Shown here: positions 38,090 to 47,369 of the stretch, one piece after another
Layout of the letters: every line of letters starts with the position of its first letter
Position numbering within the stretch: position 1 is the stretch's first letter
Assembly: GCA_963825135.1 (NCBI GenBank)
Contig: CAWGRW010000009.1
Span: forward strand, 1,984,001 to 2,048,000
Length of the DNA: 64,000 bases
Reading direction: 5' to 3'
From: an uncultured bacterium
GTDB lineage: Bacteria > Desulfobacterota_D > UBA1144 > Nemesobacterales > UBA2774
Program-made: the position numbers and the translations under genes
The notes under the pieces: generated by a model
The model's input: only the letters and a program-made list of their open reading frames with translations
Told to the model about the DNA's origin: nothing
Databases searched by the model: none

Positions 38090-38425
38090 TTACAGAGCGC
38101 CGTTTTTTTCGAGCGCGTTGTGCATCTGAATCCCGTGTATCAGCGTGATGCCCGCTTCCATCGATGCCGCTACGTGTACCGCCTCCGTCATCTGCTCGGG
38201 GTCGGCGCCGGTCTCGAGACACTGGGTCGTGTACGCGTCTATGCAGTAAGGACACTTTTTTACATGGGCGACGGCAAGCGCGATCAGAGCCTTTTCCCTC
38301 TTTGTCAGCGCCCCGTCCTCTCCTGTCGCGGCGTTGTAATAGTCGAAAAACTTCTTCATCAGGTCCTGGCCGAATCTCCCCATCTCGGCAAATCGTTTTA
38401 AATCCTTCGGGTCATAGTAATCCAT
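38090..38425 (-). CDS. AhpD/CMD-like 'peroxidase-like' protein of arsS clusters
   Basis: YY.P.DL..F, REKALIALAVAH..CPYCIDAY; GGAGG SD before ATG 38425. Confidence 0.85.
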   Translation of the reverse strand: MDYYDPKDLKRFAEMGRFGQDLMKKFFDYYNAATGEDGALTKREKALIALAVAHVKKCPYCIDAYTTQCLETGADPEQMTEAVHVAASMEAGITLIHGIQMHNALEKNGAL

Positions 38426-38505
38426 TCTGCCCTCCATTGATTTGAATTTAGCAACAACCGCTTCCGCCGCCGGGTGTGCAGCAGGCGTTATCGTCCGGTT
38501 TCGTT

Positions 38506-39411
38506 TCAGACTTCGTTCAGGGTAAACATGCCGTAATACGGGGCAGCGGAGAGCTTCCGGGCCGTATCGGTGCATACCTCGACCGCCTGATTCCTCGGAA
38601 AGACATGACCCTCTTCGTCTATGATTACCTTGAAGGGGCCTTTGTATGTCGCGTACTGTCCGATATAGACGCAACCGGCTGTCTTCTGGAATTTATAACC
38701 CCTCACCGTAACCGAATAAAAATCGATGTTTTCGATGATCTTCCAGAATTTTTTATCCAGTATCTCTATACCGTAAAAGCCTGATTGTTCGAGATAGGAC
38801 AGGAACCGGTTTTCGGCAAGTGAGCCCGCAATGCACTCGCCCAAAAGCTGCTCGTCTTTCTTTAGACGTTCCGGAATCTCGCGGTCAGAAACTATATCGG
38901 ATACGACGATCCTCCCGTGGTCTTTGAGGACTCTCCACATTTCCGAGAATACTTTTCTCTTGTTCGGGGAAAGGTTGATAACGCAGTTCGATGTAATCAG
39001 GTCCGCCGATTTGGAGTCCGCGGGTATCTCTTCCAGAAAACCCTTCCTGAACTCGACGTTCTCGTAGCCGAGATTATCCGCGACGGCACCCTTACATTCA
39101 TTCGCGACTTTGAGCATCTCGTCGGTCATATCTACGCCGATGACTTTACCTTTACGACCCGTAATTTTAGATGCAATGAAGCAATCTATCCCTGCCCCGG
39201 AGCCGAGGTCGAGAACGGTCTCACCTGACGCTATCCCGGCGAGGCTGATCGGGCTTCCGCACCCGTAGAACCTCTCGATTACCTCACTCGGTATGTGGTG
39301 CGTGTCTTCGGGGGGATAGCCCCCGGGGCAGCAAAGGTCAGCCCGGGGCTCTCTGGCAGCTTTACTGTAGAATTCCCTCACGCTCTCTCTCGTGTTGTCG
39401 ATTGGCTCCAT
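38506..39411 (-). CDS. arsM: ArsM-like As(III) SAM-dependent methyltransferase; C-terminus probably extends to 38448 through a frame break
   Basis: CC, YGCGSP, LDLGSGAGID, SNCVINLSP, GECIAG carry the ArsM-type cysteines. Confidence 0.8.
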   Translation of the reverse strand: MEPIDNTRESVREFYSKAAREPRADLCCPGGYPPEDTHHIPSEVIERFYGCGSPISLAGIASGETVLDLGSGAGIDCFIASKITGRKGKVIGVDMTDEMLKVANECKGAVADNLGYENVEFRKGFLEEIPADSKSADLITSNCVINLSPNKRKVFSEMWRVLKDHGRIVVSDIVSDREIPERLKKDEQLLGECIAGSLAENRFLSYLEQSGFYGIEILDKKFWKIIENIDFYSVTVRGYKFQKTAGCVYIGQYATYKGPFKVIIDEEGHVFPRNQAVEVCTDTARKLSAAPYYGMFTLNEV

Positions 39412-39543
39412 TTTTCCACGGCCTCCCGGATTGATTGTATCTGCAGATTTTGAGAAATTTATATTTATTCTTACATTTCCGTGACTCGATGTAAATAGGA
39501 CTTTCGGCCGTTGGCCGATTTTATTTCGGTGGTATCTTTATAT

Positions 39544-39571
39544 TTAGATGGTTATTTTCGTGAGAAGTTTC
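39544..39571 (-). promoter_or_regulatory. Putative sigmaE-like ECF promoter (GAAACTT-N16-TCTAA) for the arsM cluster
   Basis: Matches the GAACTT-N16-TCTAA pattern; lies about 130 nt upstream of arsM. Confidence 0.4.
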
Positions 39572-39712
39572 GTATTTTTTCTGGCCGCTTTTCGATTTTG
39601 ATGATACGGCTCGGGATTGTATGTGCTTATGCCCTGTACGGGTACTCGATTGCGGGTATTTTTATGGAATAGCGGTCGCAGGTACAAACGGGCAATTTAA
39701 CGGAGTTCTTAT

Positions 39713-40399
39713 ATGAAATTAAAAGCTGTGATTTTCGATTTTGACGGGGTGATAGCCGATACTGAACCGATCCATCTGAGCGCCTTCCAGAGGACTCTGG
39801 AAGGCCTCGGTATCCTTCTTACTAAAGAGGACTATTACGCCGGATACCTCGCCTACGACGACAAGACATTTTTTAAGCGGTTTCTCAATGACCGGGATTA
39901 TGAGCACGAAGAGGCATTGATAGCGGAGCTGATTGAGAGGAAATCGGGCCATTACGAGGACCTGATAAAGGATAATATCGAAATCCTGCCGGGGGTGAGG
40001 AGCTTTATCGATAAAATCGCCGGAAAATGCCGCATCGCTATCGGCTCGGGCGCGATGAAGAGCGAGATTGCTGATATACTCGAGTTCGCGGGCATCAGAG
40101 GACTTTTCGAGGTCATTGTCGGAGCCGAGGATATAGAGAACTGCAAACCCGCCCCCGATGTGTACCTGGAAGTCTTAAAAAGATTAAACGCGTCGGCCTC
40201 CGCATCGGAGATGATATCGGCCGCTGAATGTCTCGTCATAGAGGATTCCGTATCGGGTGTTAAAGCGGCTCTCTCGGCGGGGATGAAATGCCTCGCCGTT
40301 ACTAACTCTTATTCGGCTGAAAAGCTTTCACACGCCCATATGGTGAGGGACAGCCTGAGCGGTGTGGGAATTGAAGACCTGAACCGACTGTACCCGTGA
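39713..40399 (+). CDS. HAD-superfamily hydrolase (beta-PGM-like)
   Basis: FDFDGVIADTEP, KPAPD, IEDS. Confidence 0.88.
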   Translation: MKLKAVIFDFDGVIADTEPIHLSAFQRTLEGLGILLTKEDYYAGYLAYDDKTFFKRFLNDRDYEHEEALIAELIERKSGHYEDLIKDNIEILPGVRSFIDKIAGKCRIAIGSGAMKSEIADILEFAGIRGLFEVIVGAEDIENCKPAPDVYLEVLKRLNASASASEMISAAECLVIEDSVSGVKAALSAGMKCLAVTNSYSAEKLSHAHMVRDSLSGVGIEDLNRLYP

Positions 40400-40502
40400 C
40401 GGGGATTTACACGGCCCCTTCTCTATAAACTCATCAGGTGCGCGAGCTCCCTATTCCTCTGTAGAGATTGAGAAATGCCTTAACTCCAATTAATATTACG
40501 CT

Positions 40503-41588
40503 ATGGATATTTACGCTCTTATTATGGCCGGAGGGGAGGGGAAAAGGTTTTGGCCCCTTAGCAGCCCGAATAAGCCCAAGCAGTTCCTGTCGCTGGCAGG
40601 CGAAAAATCATTGGTAAGGCAGACTGTCGACAGGGTTCTGCCCCTGATCCCTATAGAGAAGGTATTCATAGTCACTGTCGCCCGCTATGCCGAAGAGACC
40701 CTCAGACACATACCCGAACTCCCCGAAAGTAACCTGGTGCTTGAGCCCGAGGGGAAAAACACAGCCCCCTGTATCGCCTACGGCACGCTCAGAATCAAGG
40801 ATTCTGCCGTGGACCCGGTTGTAGTCGTCCTGCCTGCCGATCACGCGGTGGGTGACGACGAAGGGTTCAGGAGCGTGCTTGGTTTCGCCGGCGCTACGGC
40901 CTCGCTAGATCTCGGCGATGGCAAGTACCCCCTCATCACCCTCGGCGTAAGGCCTACTACGCCCGAAACGGGCTACGGGTATATTAAGTCTTCTCAAAAA
41001 GCCGTGTCCTCCGCGGGCGCGTTCAGCGCGTACAAGGTGGAGAGGTTTACCGAAAAGCCTGATTTAACCACCGCGCAGGGCTTCATCAAAGAGAGAGGGT
41101 ATTATTGGAACAGCGGCGTATTCGTCTGGAAAGCTTCATCCATATTAACGGAATTCTCAAGCATACTCCCTGACTGGCATAAGCACTTTAATGAAATCTC
41201 TGAAAACATCGGAAAGCCGTCCGAGGATGCCGCGGTCTCTTCCTTTTACAATGGAATAGAACCCGGGTCTATAGATAAGCTTATTATGGAGCATTCCGTA
41301 AACACAGTGGTTATTCCGGTGGATTTTCCGTGGAGCGACGTCGGGAGCTGGAAGGCGCTCGACGAGTTTATGCGGAAGGACAGGGACGAAAATATCATCC
41401 GCGGGAAAGCGGTTACAGTCGATACCTCGGGTTGTCTCGTATTCGGGAGCGAAAGGGTGATCGCGCTCGTAGGGGTCAAGGATATAGTGGTGGTCGATTC
41501 AGGGGACGGCATCCTGATTCTTGACAAGGAAAAGTCCCAGGATGTAAAGAAGGTAGCCGAAGAACTTAGTAAAAAGAATAAGGATTAG
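40503..41588 (+). CDS. manC: Mannose-1-phosphate guanylyltransferase
   Basis: MAGGEGKRFWPLS..PKQF, EPEGKNTAP, PETGYGYI, F.EKP, WSDVGSW; no cupin PMI domain. Confidence 0.88.
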   Translation: MDIYALIMAGGEGKRFWPLSSPNKPKQFLSLAGEKSLVRQTVDRVLPLIPIEKVFIVTVARYAEETLRHIPELPESNLVLEPEGKNTAPCIAYGTLRIKDSAVDPVVVVLPADHAVGDDEGFRSVLGFAGATASLDLGDGKYPLITLGVRPTTPETGYGYIKSSQKAVSSAGAFSAYKVERFTEKPDLTTAQGFIKERGYYWNSGVFVWKASSILTEFSSILPDWHKHFNEISENIGKPSEDAAVSSFYNGIEPGSIDKLIMEHSVNTVVIPVDFPWSDVGSWKALDEFMRKDRDENIIRGKAVTVDTSGCLVFGSERVIALVGVKDIVVVDSGDGILILDKEKSQDVKKVAEELSKKNKD

Positions 41589-41680
41589 TCACCAACCTGC
41601 TATAATTAATTGATTTTTGTTGTTTATTGTCCTAAAATTGTAAATATAATCGGGCTACTCTCAGACTAAACGGAAAAAAT

Positions 41681-42289
41681 ATGCAGGCAGGCAACATTTT
41701 CATAGTATCTGGTCCATCGGGAGGTGGAAAGACCACTCTTGTAAACAAGGTGCTCGAAAATTTGAATAATCTGAGGTTTTCGGTCTCCTGTACGACCCGA
41801 GAGCCGAGAAAAGGCGAAGTTAACGGCAAAGATTATTTTTTTCTTTCCGAGGATGAATTTAACAAGATGGTTGAAGAAGACAAATTCGCCGAATACGCGA
41901 GGGTTCACGACCATATGTACGGCACTCCGCTGGCCGAGCTGGAGAAATCCAAAAGCTCCGGAGTGGACCTCATACTCGATATAGACGTCCAGGGGGCGGA
42001 ACAGATACGGAAGAAGTTGGGCGGCGGGGTTTATTGCTTCGTGCTCCCGTCGTCGTTCGAGGTGTTGAGGGCAAGACTTCTTGAAAGAGGCAGTGAAAAC
42101 ACGGGGGAGATTGAAAAGCGCCTCTCCGATGCCAGGAAGGAGATGGAAGACATAGAGCGCTATGATTATATTATCGTTAACGACAGATTGGACGAAGCAG
42201 CCAAGTGCCTGACCTCAGTCATAATTTCGACAAGGTGCAGAATGGAAAGGGCTATCGGGGCGATTATGAAGGGTTATTCGTCTAAATAA
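41681..42289 (+). CDS. gmk: Guanylate kinase
   Basis: SGPSGGGKTT, TTREPRKGE.NGKDY, DIDVQGA. Confidence 0.96.
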   Translation: MQAGNIFIVSGPSGGGKTTLVNKVLENLNNLRFSVSCTTREPRKGEVNGKDYFFLSEDEFNKMVEEDKFAEYARVHDHMYGTPLAELEKSKSSGVDLILDIDVQGAEQIRKKLGGGVYCFVLPSSFEVLRARLLERGSENTGEIEKRLSDARKEMEDIERYDYIIVNDRLDEAAKCLTSVIISTRCRMERAIGAIMKGYSSK

Positions 42290-42293
42290 TATC

Positions 42294-44456
42294 ATGATCA
42301 GATTAAACGACATCACGGAGCGGGTTAATTCCTATCTTTATTTGACGGACTCAGACGTCGAATTGATAAAGAAGGCATATGTGTATTCCGCCAAGGTCCA
42401 TGCCGGACAGACGCGGAGCTCCGGGGAGCCGTACCTGAGCCACCCGCTTGAGGTTAGCGGCATACTCGCCGAAATGAAGCTCGATATATCCTCCATCGTT
42501 ACGGGGCTCCTCCATGACACGGTCGAGGACACCCTCGCCACGACCGGGGAGATCGACACGCTGTTCGGAAGCGAAATAGCGTTTCTCGTGGAAGGCGTCA
42601 CTAAAATAAGCCAGCTCCCCTATACGACGAAAATCGAGCGCCAGGCCGAGGGCTTCAGAAAACTGATACTCGCGACCGCGAAGGACATAAGGGTGGTGTT
42701 GATCAAACTCGCCGACAGGCTCCATAACATGCGGACGCTGGAGCATCTGCCCGAAAGCAGACAGAAGAGCATCGCGAAAGAGACGTTCGACATCTACGCG
42801 CCCCTTGCCAACAGGCTCGGAATAAACTGGGTCGCCAATGAGCTCGAGGACCTGTCTTTCCGGTTCCTGAACCCTGAAGAATACGAAAGGCTCGCGAACT
42901 TGATAGAGGAAAGGAAGAAGGAATGGGGTAATCACGTAAACGAGATAAAGGAGATAGTCAACAGCAAGCTCGAAGAGTTCGAGATAAACGCCGAAGTCAC
43001 CGGAAGGTTTAAGCATGTTTACGGGATTTACAGAAAGATGCTGTCTCAGAACATAGAGTTCGAGAGCGTATACGATGTCATCGCGTTCAGGATTATTACA
43101 AACTCCCTCAGGGAATGTTATGAAGCCCTGGGCGCGGTTCATTCCGCATGGAAACCGGTGCCCGGCCGGTTTAAGGATTACATTGCGCTCCCCAAGGGCA
43201 ACGGATACCAGTCCCTGCATACGACGGTGATAGGACCCTTCGGAGAGAGGATGGAGATTCAGATCCGGACCCGCGCTATGCACGAAATCGCCGAGTACGG
43301 GGTAGCGTCCCATTGGCAATACAAAGAAGGGAAGCTCGACAGGAGCGGGACGTACGAGATTTATTCCACGCTGCGGCAGCTCCTCGAATGGAAGGACATA
43401 AAGGACCCGACCGAGTATATGGAAGCGATAAAAGGTGAGCTCATTTCAGACGTCGTGTACGTATTTACTCCCCAGGGAGACCTGGTGGAGCTCCCGAGCG
43501 GCGCTACACCCGTGGACTTCGCTTACGCCGTGCATACGGAAGTCGGGAACAAGTGTACGAGAGCGAACGTCAGCGGAAAGCTCGTCCCGCTCAGCCACCA
43601 GCTGAGGACGGGCGATACCGTCGAAATAATAACTTCAAACGAGAAGCATCCCAACCGGGACTGGCTCAAGTTCGTCGTTACATCCCGCGCCAAGACGAAG
43701 ATTCGCTCGTGGCTCCGCAATGAGGAGAGGACTCAGTCGGAGATAGTCGGAAAATCGATTTGCGAGCGCAAATTCAAACAGCACGGACTCGACTTCCAGT
43801 CGATGCTTAAAAACGGGGAGCTCGACAAAGGGTTCTCGGATTTAAAATTCAAGGACGAAAAAGAGCTCTATCTCGCCGTTGGATTCGGCAAGATCTCCGC
43901 AACCGATCTCCTCAAGCGCGTGCTCCCGACGGACAAGATGAGGCCCGGGCCGGAGAAAGAGTCCAGGATTGAGAAAATCATTCAGACGATTACGAGCTCG
44001 AGCGAAGGCGGCGTGCTCATCAGTGGATATAACGACGTCATGATCAGGTTCGCCAACTGCTGCTCTCCGCTGCCCGGGGAACAGATCACCGGGTACATCA
44101 CCAGGGGGAAGGGGATTACGATTCACAAGAGCGACTGTCCCCGCCTTTTGGACGTGGACGATGCGAGACGCATCGACGTCGAATGGGACAGGAATTTCAA
44201 GCCCCAGAGGCCCGCGAGAATAGTGGTCATGTGCGCGGACCGGCCCGGGATGCTTTCCAATATCACGAGCTCGTTTTCGTCATCCGACATTAACATTTCA
44301 AAAGCGGAGATTCATTCGACCGATGTGGACACGGCCGTCGGCACATTCGATGTGGTGGTCAGCGACCTTGAGCAGCTCGAGAGCGTCATGAAGTCCATAA
44401 AGCAGGTGGACGGAGTGAGGTCCGTCGAAAGGATGCTTGAGTGGGAAAGGGTCTAG
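42294..44456 (+). CDS. spoT: Bifunctional (p)ppGpp synthetase/hydrolase (Rel/SpoT)
   Basis: HD motif LLHDTVED, RFKDY, YQSLHT, EIQIRT, TGS and ACT domains. Confidence 0.95.
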   Translation: MIRLNDITERVNSYLYLTDSDVELIKKAYVYSAKVHAGQTRSSGEPYLSHPLEVSGILAEMKLDISSIVTGLLHDTVEDTLATTGEIDTLFGSEIAFLVEGVTKISQLPYTTKIERQAEGFRKLILATAKDIRVVLIKLADRLHNMRTLEHLPESRQKSIAKETFDIYAPLANRLGINWVANELEDLSFRFLNPEEYERLANLIEERKKEWGNHVNEIKEIVNSKLEEFEINAEVTGRFKHVYGIYRKMLSQNIEFESVYDVIAFRIITNSLRECYEALGAVHSAWKPVPGRFKDYIALPKGNGYQSLHTTVIGPFGERMEIQIRTRAMHEIAEYGVASHWQYKEGKLDRSGTYEIYSTLRQLLEWKDIKDPTEYMEAIKGELISDVVYVFTPQGDLVELPSGATPVDFAYAVHTEVGNKCTRANVSGKLVPLSHQLRTGDTVEIITSNEKHPNRDWLKFVVTSRAKTKIRSWLRNEERTQSEIVGKSICERKFKQHGLDFQSMLKNGELDKGFSDLKFKDEKELYLAVGFGKISATDLLKRVLPTDKMRPGPEKESRIEKIIQTITSSSEGGVLISGYNDVMIRFANCCSPLPGEQITGYITRGKGITIHKSDCPRLLDVDDARRIDVEWDRNFKPQRPARIVVMCADRPGMLSNITSSFSSSDINISKAEIHSTDVDTAVGTFDVVVSDLEQLESVMKSIKQVDGVRSVERMLEWERV

Positions 44457-44552
44457 CCCCGGTATTAAATCCCGGCCGCATACCCCTCCAACCCCTCCCC
44501 GGTTTTGAATATTGAAACAAACCGATTCACCATATATACTCAAACGTCAATT

Positions 44553-45488
44553 ATGTTAGGTCCATGGTCAAAAGAAGCAAAGGCGAGGAATAGAGCCAAA
44601 CAGAGTATTTCCCAGACACAGGCCCTCCTAAACAAAAACATCAAAAAAATCAGTCCTGAATCCGCGGCAGTCGTAGGCAATAAGATAATGGTGGCGGAGA
44701 CGGCTCTGGCCGGCGGCAATACCGAAGAGATAGTAAGGAAAACGAGTGACCTCGAAGGGGCTTCGAGAGATTATCTCTCCAAGTTCGCTAAATCGAAGCT
44801 GAGACAGAATGTCGAGGCGCTCGTATTCGCTGTAGCCCTGGCTCTTCTCATTAGGACGTTCGTATTCCAGCCTTTTAAAATCCCGTCCGGCTCCATGATT
44901 CCGACCCTGCTCGTCGGGGACCACCTGCTGGTCAGTAAATTCATTTACGGCACGAAGATTCCTTTCACCGACAAGATTGTACTCCCCATCGAAAATATTA
45001 AGCGCGGCGACGTAATTGTATTCACTTACCCCAATACCGAGCACGACCCGTCGAAAAACGGGATTTTTTACATCAAACGCGTCGTCGGTATCCCGGGGGA
45101 CAGCATAGACCTCGACGGGAGGCAGCTGGTCATTAACGGCCAGAAGGTGCCGCTCGAGTTTACGGGCTCTTATGTGGACGAGAGGAACGGGGAACAGTTC
45201 GATGAATACCGGGAAGACCTTTTCGGCGTCGAACACAGAGTGATTTACAGAAAGGGCAGGGACTCCACCAATAAGGGGAGTTTTATCCCGCTAAGCGTGG
45301 TTCCTGAAGGTTACGTGTTCGTAATGGGCGATAACAGGGACAACAGCCAGGACAGCAGGTACTGGGGTTTTGTGCCAATGGAGAATATCGCCGGCAGGGC
45401 TTTTCTGATACACTGGTCATGGGATTTCGACAACCCGGACATAGAAAACAAGGTAAGATGGAAGAGAATCCTTACGGGTATAGAATAA
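44553..45488 (+). CDS. lepB: Signal peptidase I with N-terminal extension
   Basis: IPSGSMIPTL, YIKRVVG.PGD, MGDNRDNSQDSR; ATG 44553 preferred over TTG 44505. Confidence 0.93.
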   Translation: MLGPWSKEAKARNRAKQSISQTQALLNKNIKKISPESAAVVGNKIMVAETALAGGNTEEIVRKTSDLEGASRDYLSKFAKSKLRQNVEALVFAVALALLIRTFVFQPFKIPSGSMIPTLLVGDHLLVSKFIYGTKIPFTDKIVLPIENIKRGDVIVFTYPNTEHDPSKNGIFYIKRVVGIPGDSIDLDGRQLVINGQKVPLEFTGSYVDERNGEQFDEYREDLFGVEHRVIYRKGRDSTNKGSFIPLSVVPEGYVFVMGDNRDNSQDSRYWGFVPMENIAGRAFLIHWSWDFDNPDIENKVRWKRILTGIE

Positions 45489-45533
45489 AGTGCCTGTTGG
45501 ATTACTGCCGGGGACTGCAGGAGGTAGGGTGAA

Positions 45534-45884
45534 ATGAAAAGCTTATCTTCGGTTTTCTGGATTGTAATGCTGGCCTTGATATTCTATGTCGGAATCAAAG
45601 TAGTGCCTATTTACTATCGCGGCATATTCGGAATAAGGGGTGTTTGTAAGGAAAACGCCGACGTCTATCACAAATACGGCCGCGGTTACGTGCAGTCGGG
45701 TATCTCCGAGATGCTTGAGAATATAGGGATACCGAAAGATAAGAGCGAATTCACCATAACCCCGGAAGGCGATAAAATCGTTGTCCGGATAAGATACGAG
45801 GACCAGGCGAGTTTCTTCAACAGATATACGAAGGATTTCGAGTTTGATTACAAATGCGATGGAGTGCTGAAGAGCGTCTATTGA
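45534..45884 (+). CDS. Membrane-anchored protein, DUF4845-like
   Basis: TM followed by GIKVVPIY; typical position downstream of lepB; AGGAGG SD. Confidence 0.55.
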   Translation: MKSLSSVFWIVMLALIFYVGIKVVPIYYRGIFGIRGVCKENADVYHKYGRGYVQSGISEMLENIGIPKDKSEFTITPEGDKIVVRIRYEDQASFFNRYTKDFEFDYKCDGVLKSVY

Positions 45885-45896
45885 CAGAGAAAAATC

Positions 45897-46436
45897 ATGC
45901 CTAATAAATCAGTCACGGTAATGGATACGGATTCGGTAAACAGGACAATTTCGAGGATCGTCAACCAGATACTCGAGCGGAACAACGGCGCCCGGGATCT
46001 GGCGATAATCGGGATAAGGACAAGGGGTGTTTATATTGCCGAGAGGATTGCCGGCGAGATTGAGAGGCTCGAGGGTGTAAAGCCCCCCCTGGGAACGCTC
46101 GATATAACCCTTTACAGGGACGACTTGAGACACAAGGCCGAATGGCCAAAGGTTAAAAAAACGGAAATCCCCTTCAGCGTGGAGGACAAAAAGGTCATCC
46201 TCGTGGACGATGTGATTTATACCGGCCGCACGACAAGGGCGGCGATCGATGAAATAATGGACTACGGAAGGCCTTCCTCGATTCAGCTTGTCGCGCTTGT
46301 CGACAGGGGACACAGAGAGCTCCCGATACAGGCCGATTACGTGGGCAGCAAGCTCGACACCCTCAGCTCGGAAGAGGTAAAGGTTCATCTAAAGGAAGCC
46401 GACGGAAGGGACGAAGTGATTATAGTACAAGGGTAA
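45897..46436 (+). CDS. pyrR: PyrR regulator / uracil phosphoribosyltransferase
   Basis: DITLYRDD, LVDDVIYTGRT, DRGHRELPIQAD. Confidence 0.95.
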   Translation: MPNKSVTVMDTDSVNRTISRIVNQILERNNGARDLAIIGIRTRGVYIAERIAGEIERLEGVKPPLGTLDITLYRDDLRHKAEWPKVKKTEIPFSVEDKKVILVDDVIYTGRTTRAAIDEIMDYGRPSSIQLVALVDRGHRELPIQADYVGSKLDTLSSEEVKVHLKEADGRDEVIIVQG

Positions 46437-46439
46437 AAA

Positions 46440-47369
46440 ATGGCGTTTGAGCGAAAACATATACTGGGGCTGGAAGAGTTGACGGCGGAGGAAATCACCC
46501 TAGTGCTCGACACCGCCGTGTCCATGAAAGAGGTGTCTGAGAGGGACGTGAAGAAGGTCCCTGCCCTAAGGGGCGTCACCGTGTGTAACCTGTTCTTCGA
46601 GCCCAGCACTAGGACAAGGTCGTCTTTCGAGATAGCGGAAAAAAGGCTCAGTGCGGACGTTTTGAACTTCACCACCTCCCAGAGCAGCGTAGTCAAGGGT
46701 GAAAGCCTCCTCGATACGGCCAGGAACCTCGAAGCCATGGGCGCGAGCATGATCGTCATAAGGCACCCGATGTCTGGCGCGCCGTGGCTCCTCGCGAGGG
46801 AGCTCGATTCGTCGATTATAAATGCGGGAGACGGGTCACACGAGCACCCGAGCCAGGCGCTGCTGGACCTGTTCACCATAAGGCAGCTTAAGGGAAAGAT
46901 CGAAGGGCTCAAGGTCGTAATTGTGGGCGATATACTTCACAGCCGGGTGGCGAGGTCCAATATCTGGGGGTTTATGAAACTCGGAGCCGAGGTGCGAGTC
47001 GTAGGGCCTCCGACCCTAGTGCCCAAATATATCGAGGACATCGATGTGAAAGCGTTTTATAGCCTGGATAAGGCGGTGGAGGGCGCGGACGTCGTAATCA
47101 TGCTCCGGATACAGAAAGAGAGGCAGGACTCCGAATACTTCCCGTCGCTTAGGGAATATTCGAGATTTTACGGACTCACCAGGGAAAAATTGACAGGCGC
47201 AGATAAGAACGTGACCGTAATGCATCCGGGTCCCATCAACAGGGGAGTTGAATTGTCTTCCGATATCGCGGACGGACCAGGCTCGGTGATACTCGAGCAG
47301 GTATCTAACGGTATAGCCGTCAGGATGGCGATGTTTTACCTGGTGGCTTCGGCAAGGAGCGGCGGATGA
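46440..47369 (+). CDS. pyrB: Aspartate carbamoyltransferase catalytic subunit
   Basis: [27 protein letters not shown]. Confidence 0.97.
   Translation: MAFERKHILGLEELTAEEITLVLDTAVSMKEVSERDVKKVPALRGVTVCNLFFEPSTRTRSSFEIAEKRLSADVLNFTTSQSSVVKGESLLDTARNLEAMGASMIVIRHPMSGAPWLLARELDSSIINAGDGSHEHPSQALLDLFTIRQLKGKIEGLKVVIVGDILHSRVARSNIWGFMKLGAEVRVVGPPTLVPKYIEDIDVKAFYSLDKAVEGADVVIMLRIQKERQDSEYFPSLREYSRFYGLTREKLTGADKNVTVMHPGPINRGVELSSDIADGPGSVILEQVSNGIAVRMAMFYLVASARSGG

Noticed and set aside
38426..38674. N-terminal extension of the 194-aa ORF 38090-38674
   Set aside because: It overlaps arsM; family similarity and a GGAGG SD point to ATG 38425.
42351..43319. Long antisense ORFs (also 51171-52100, 6588-7388, 54969-55664 and others)
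   Set aside because: They lie opposite well-conserved genes and show no recognisable motifs.
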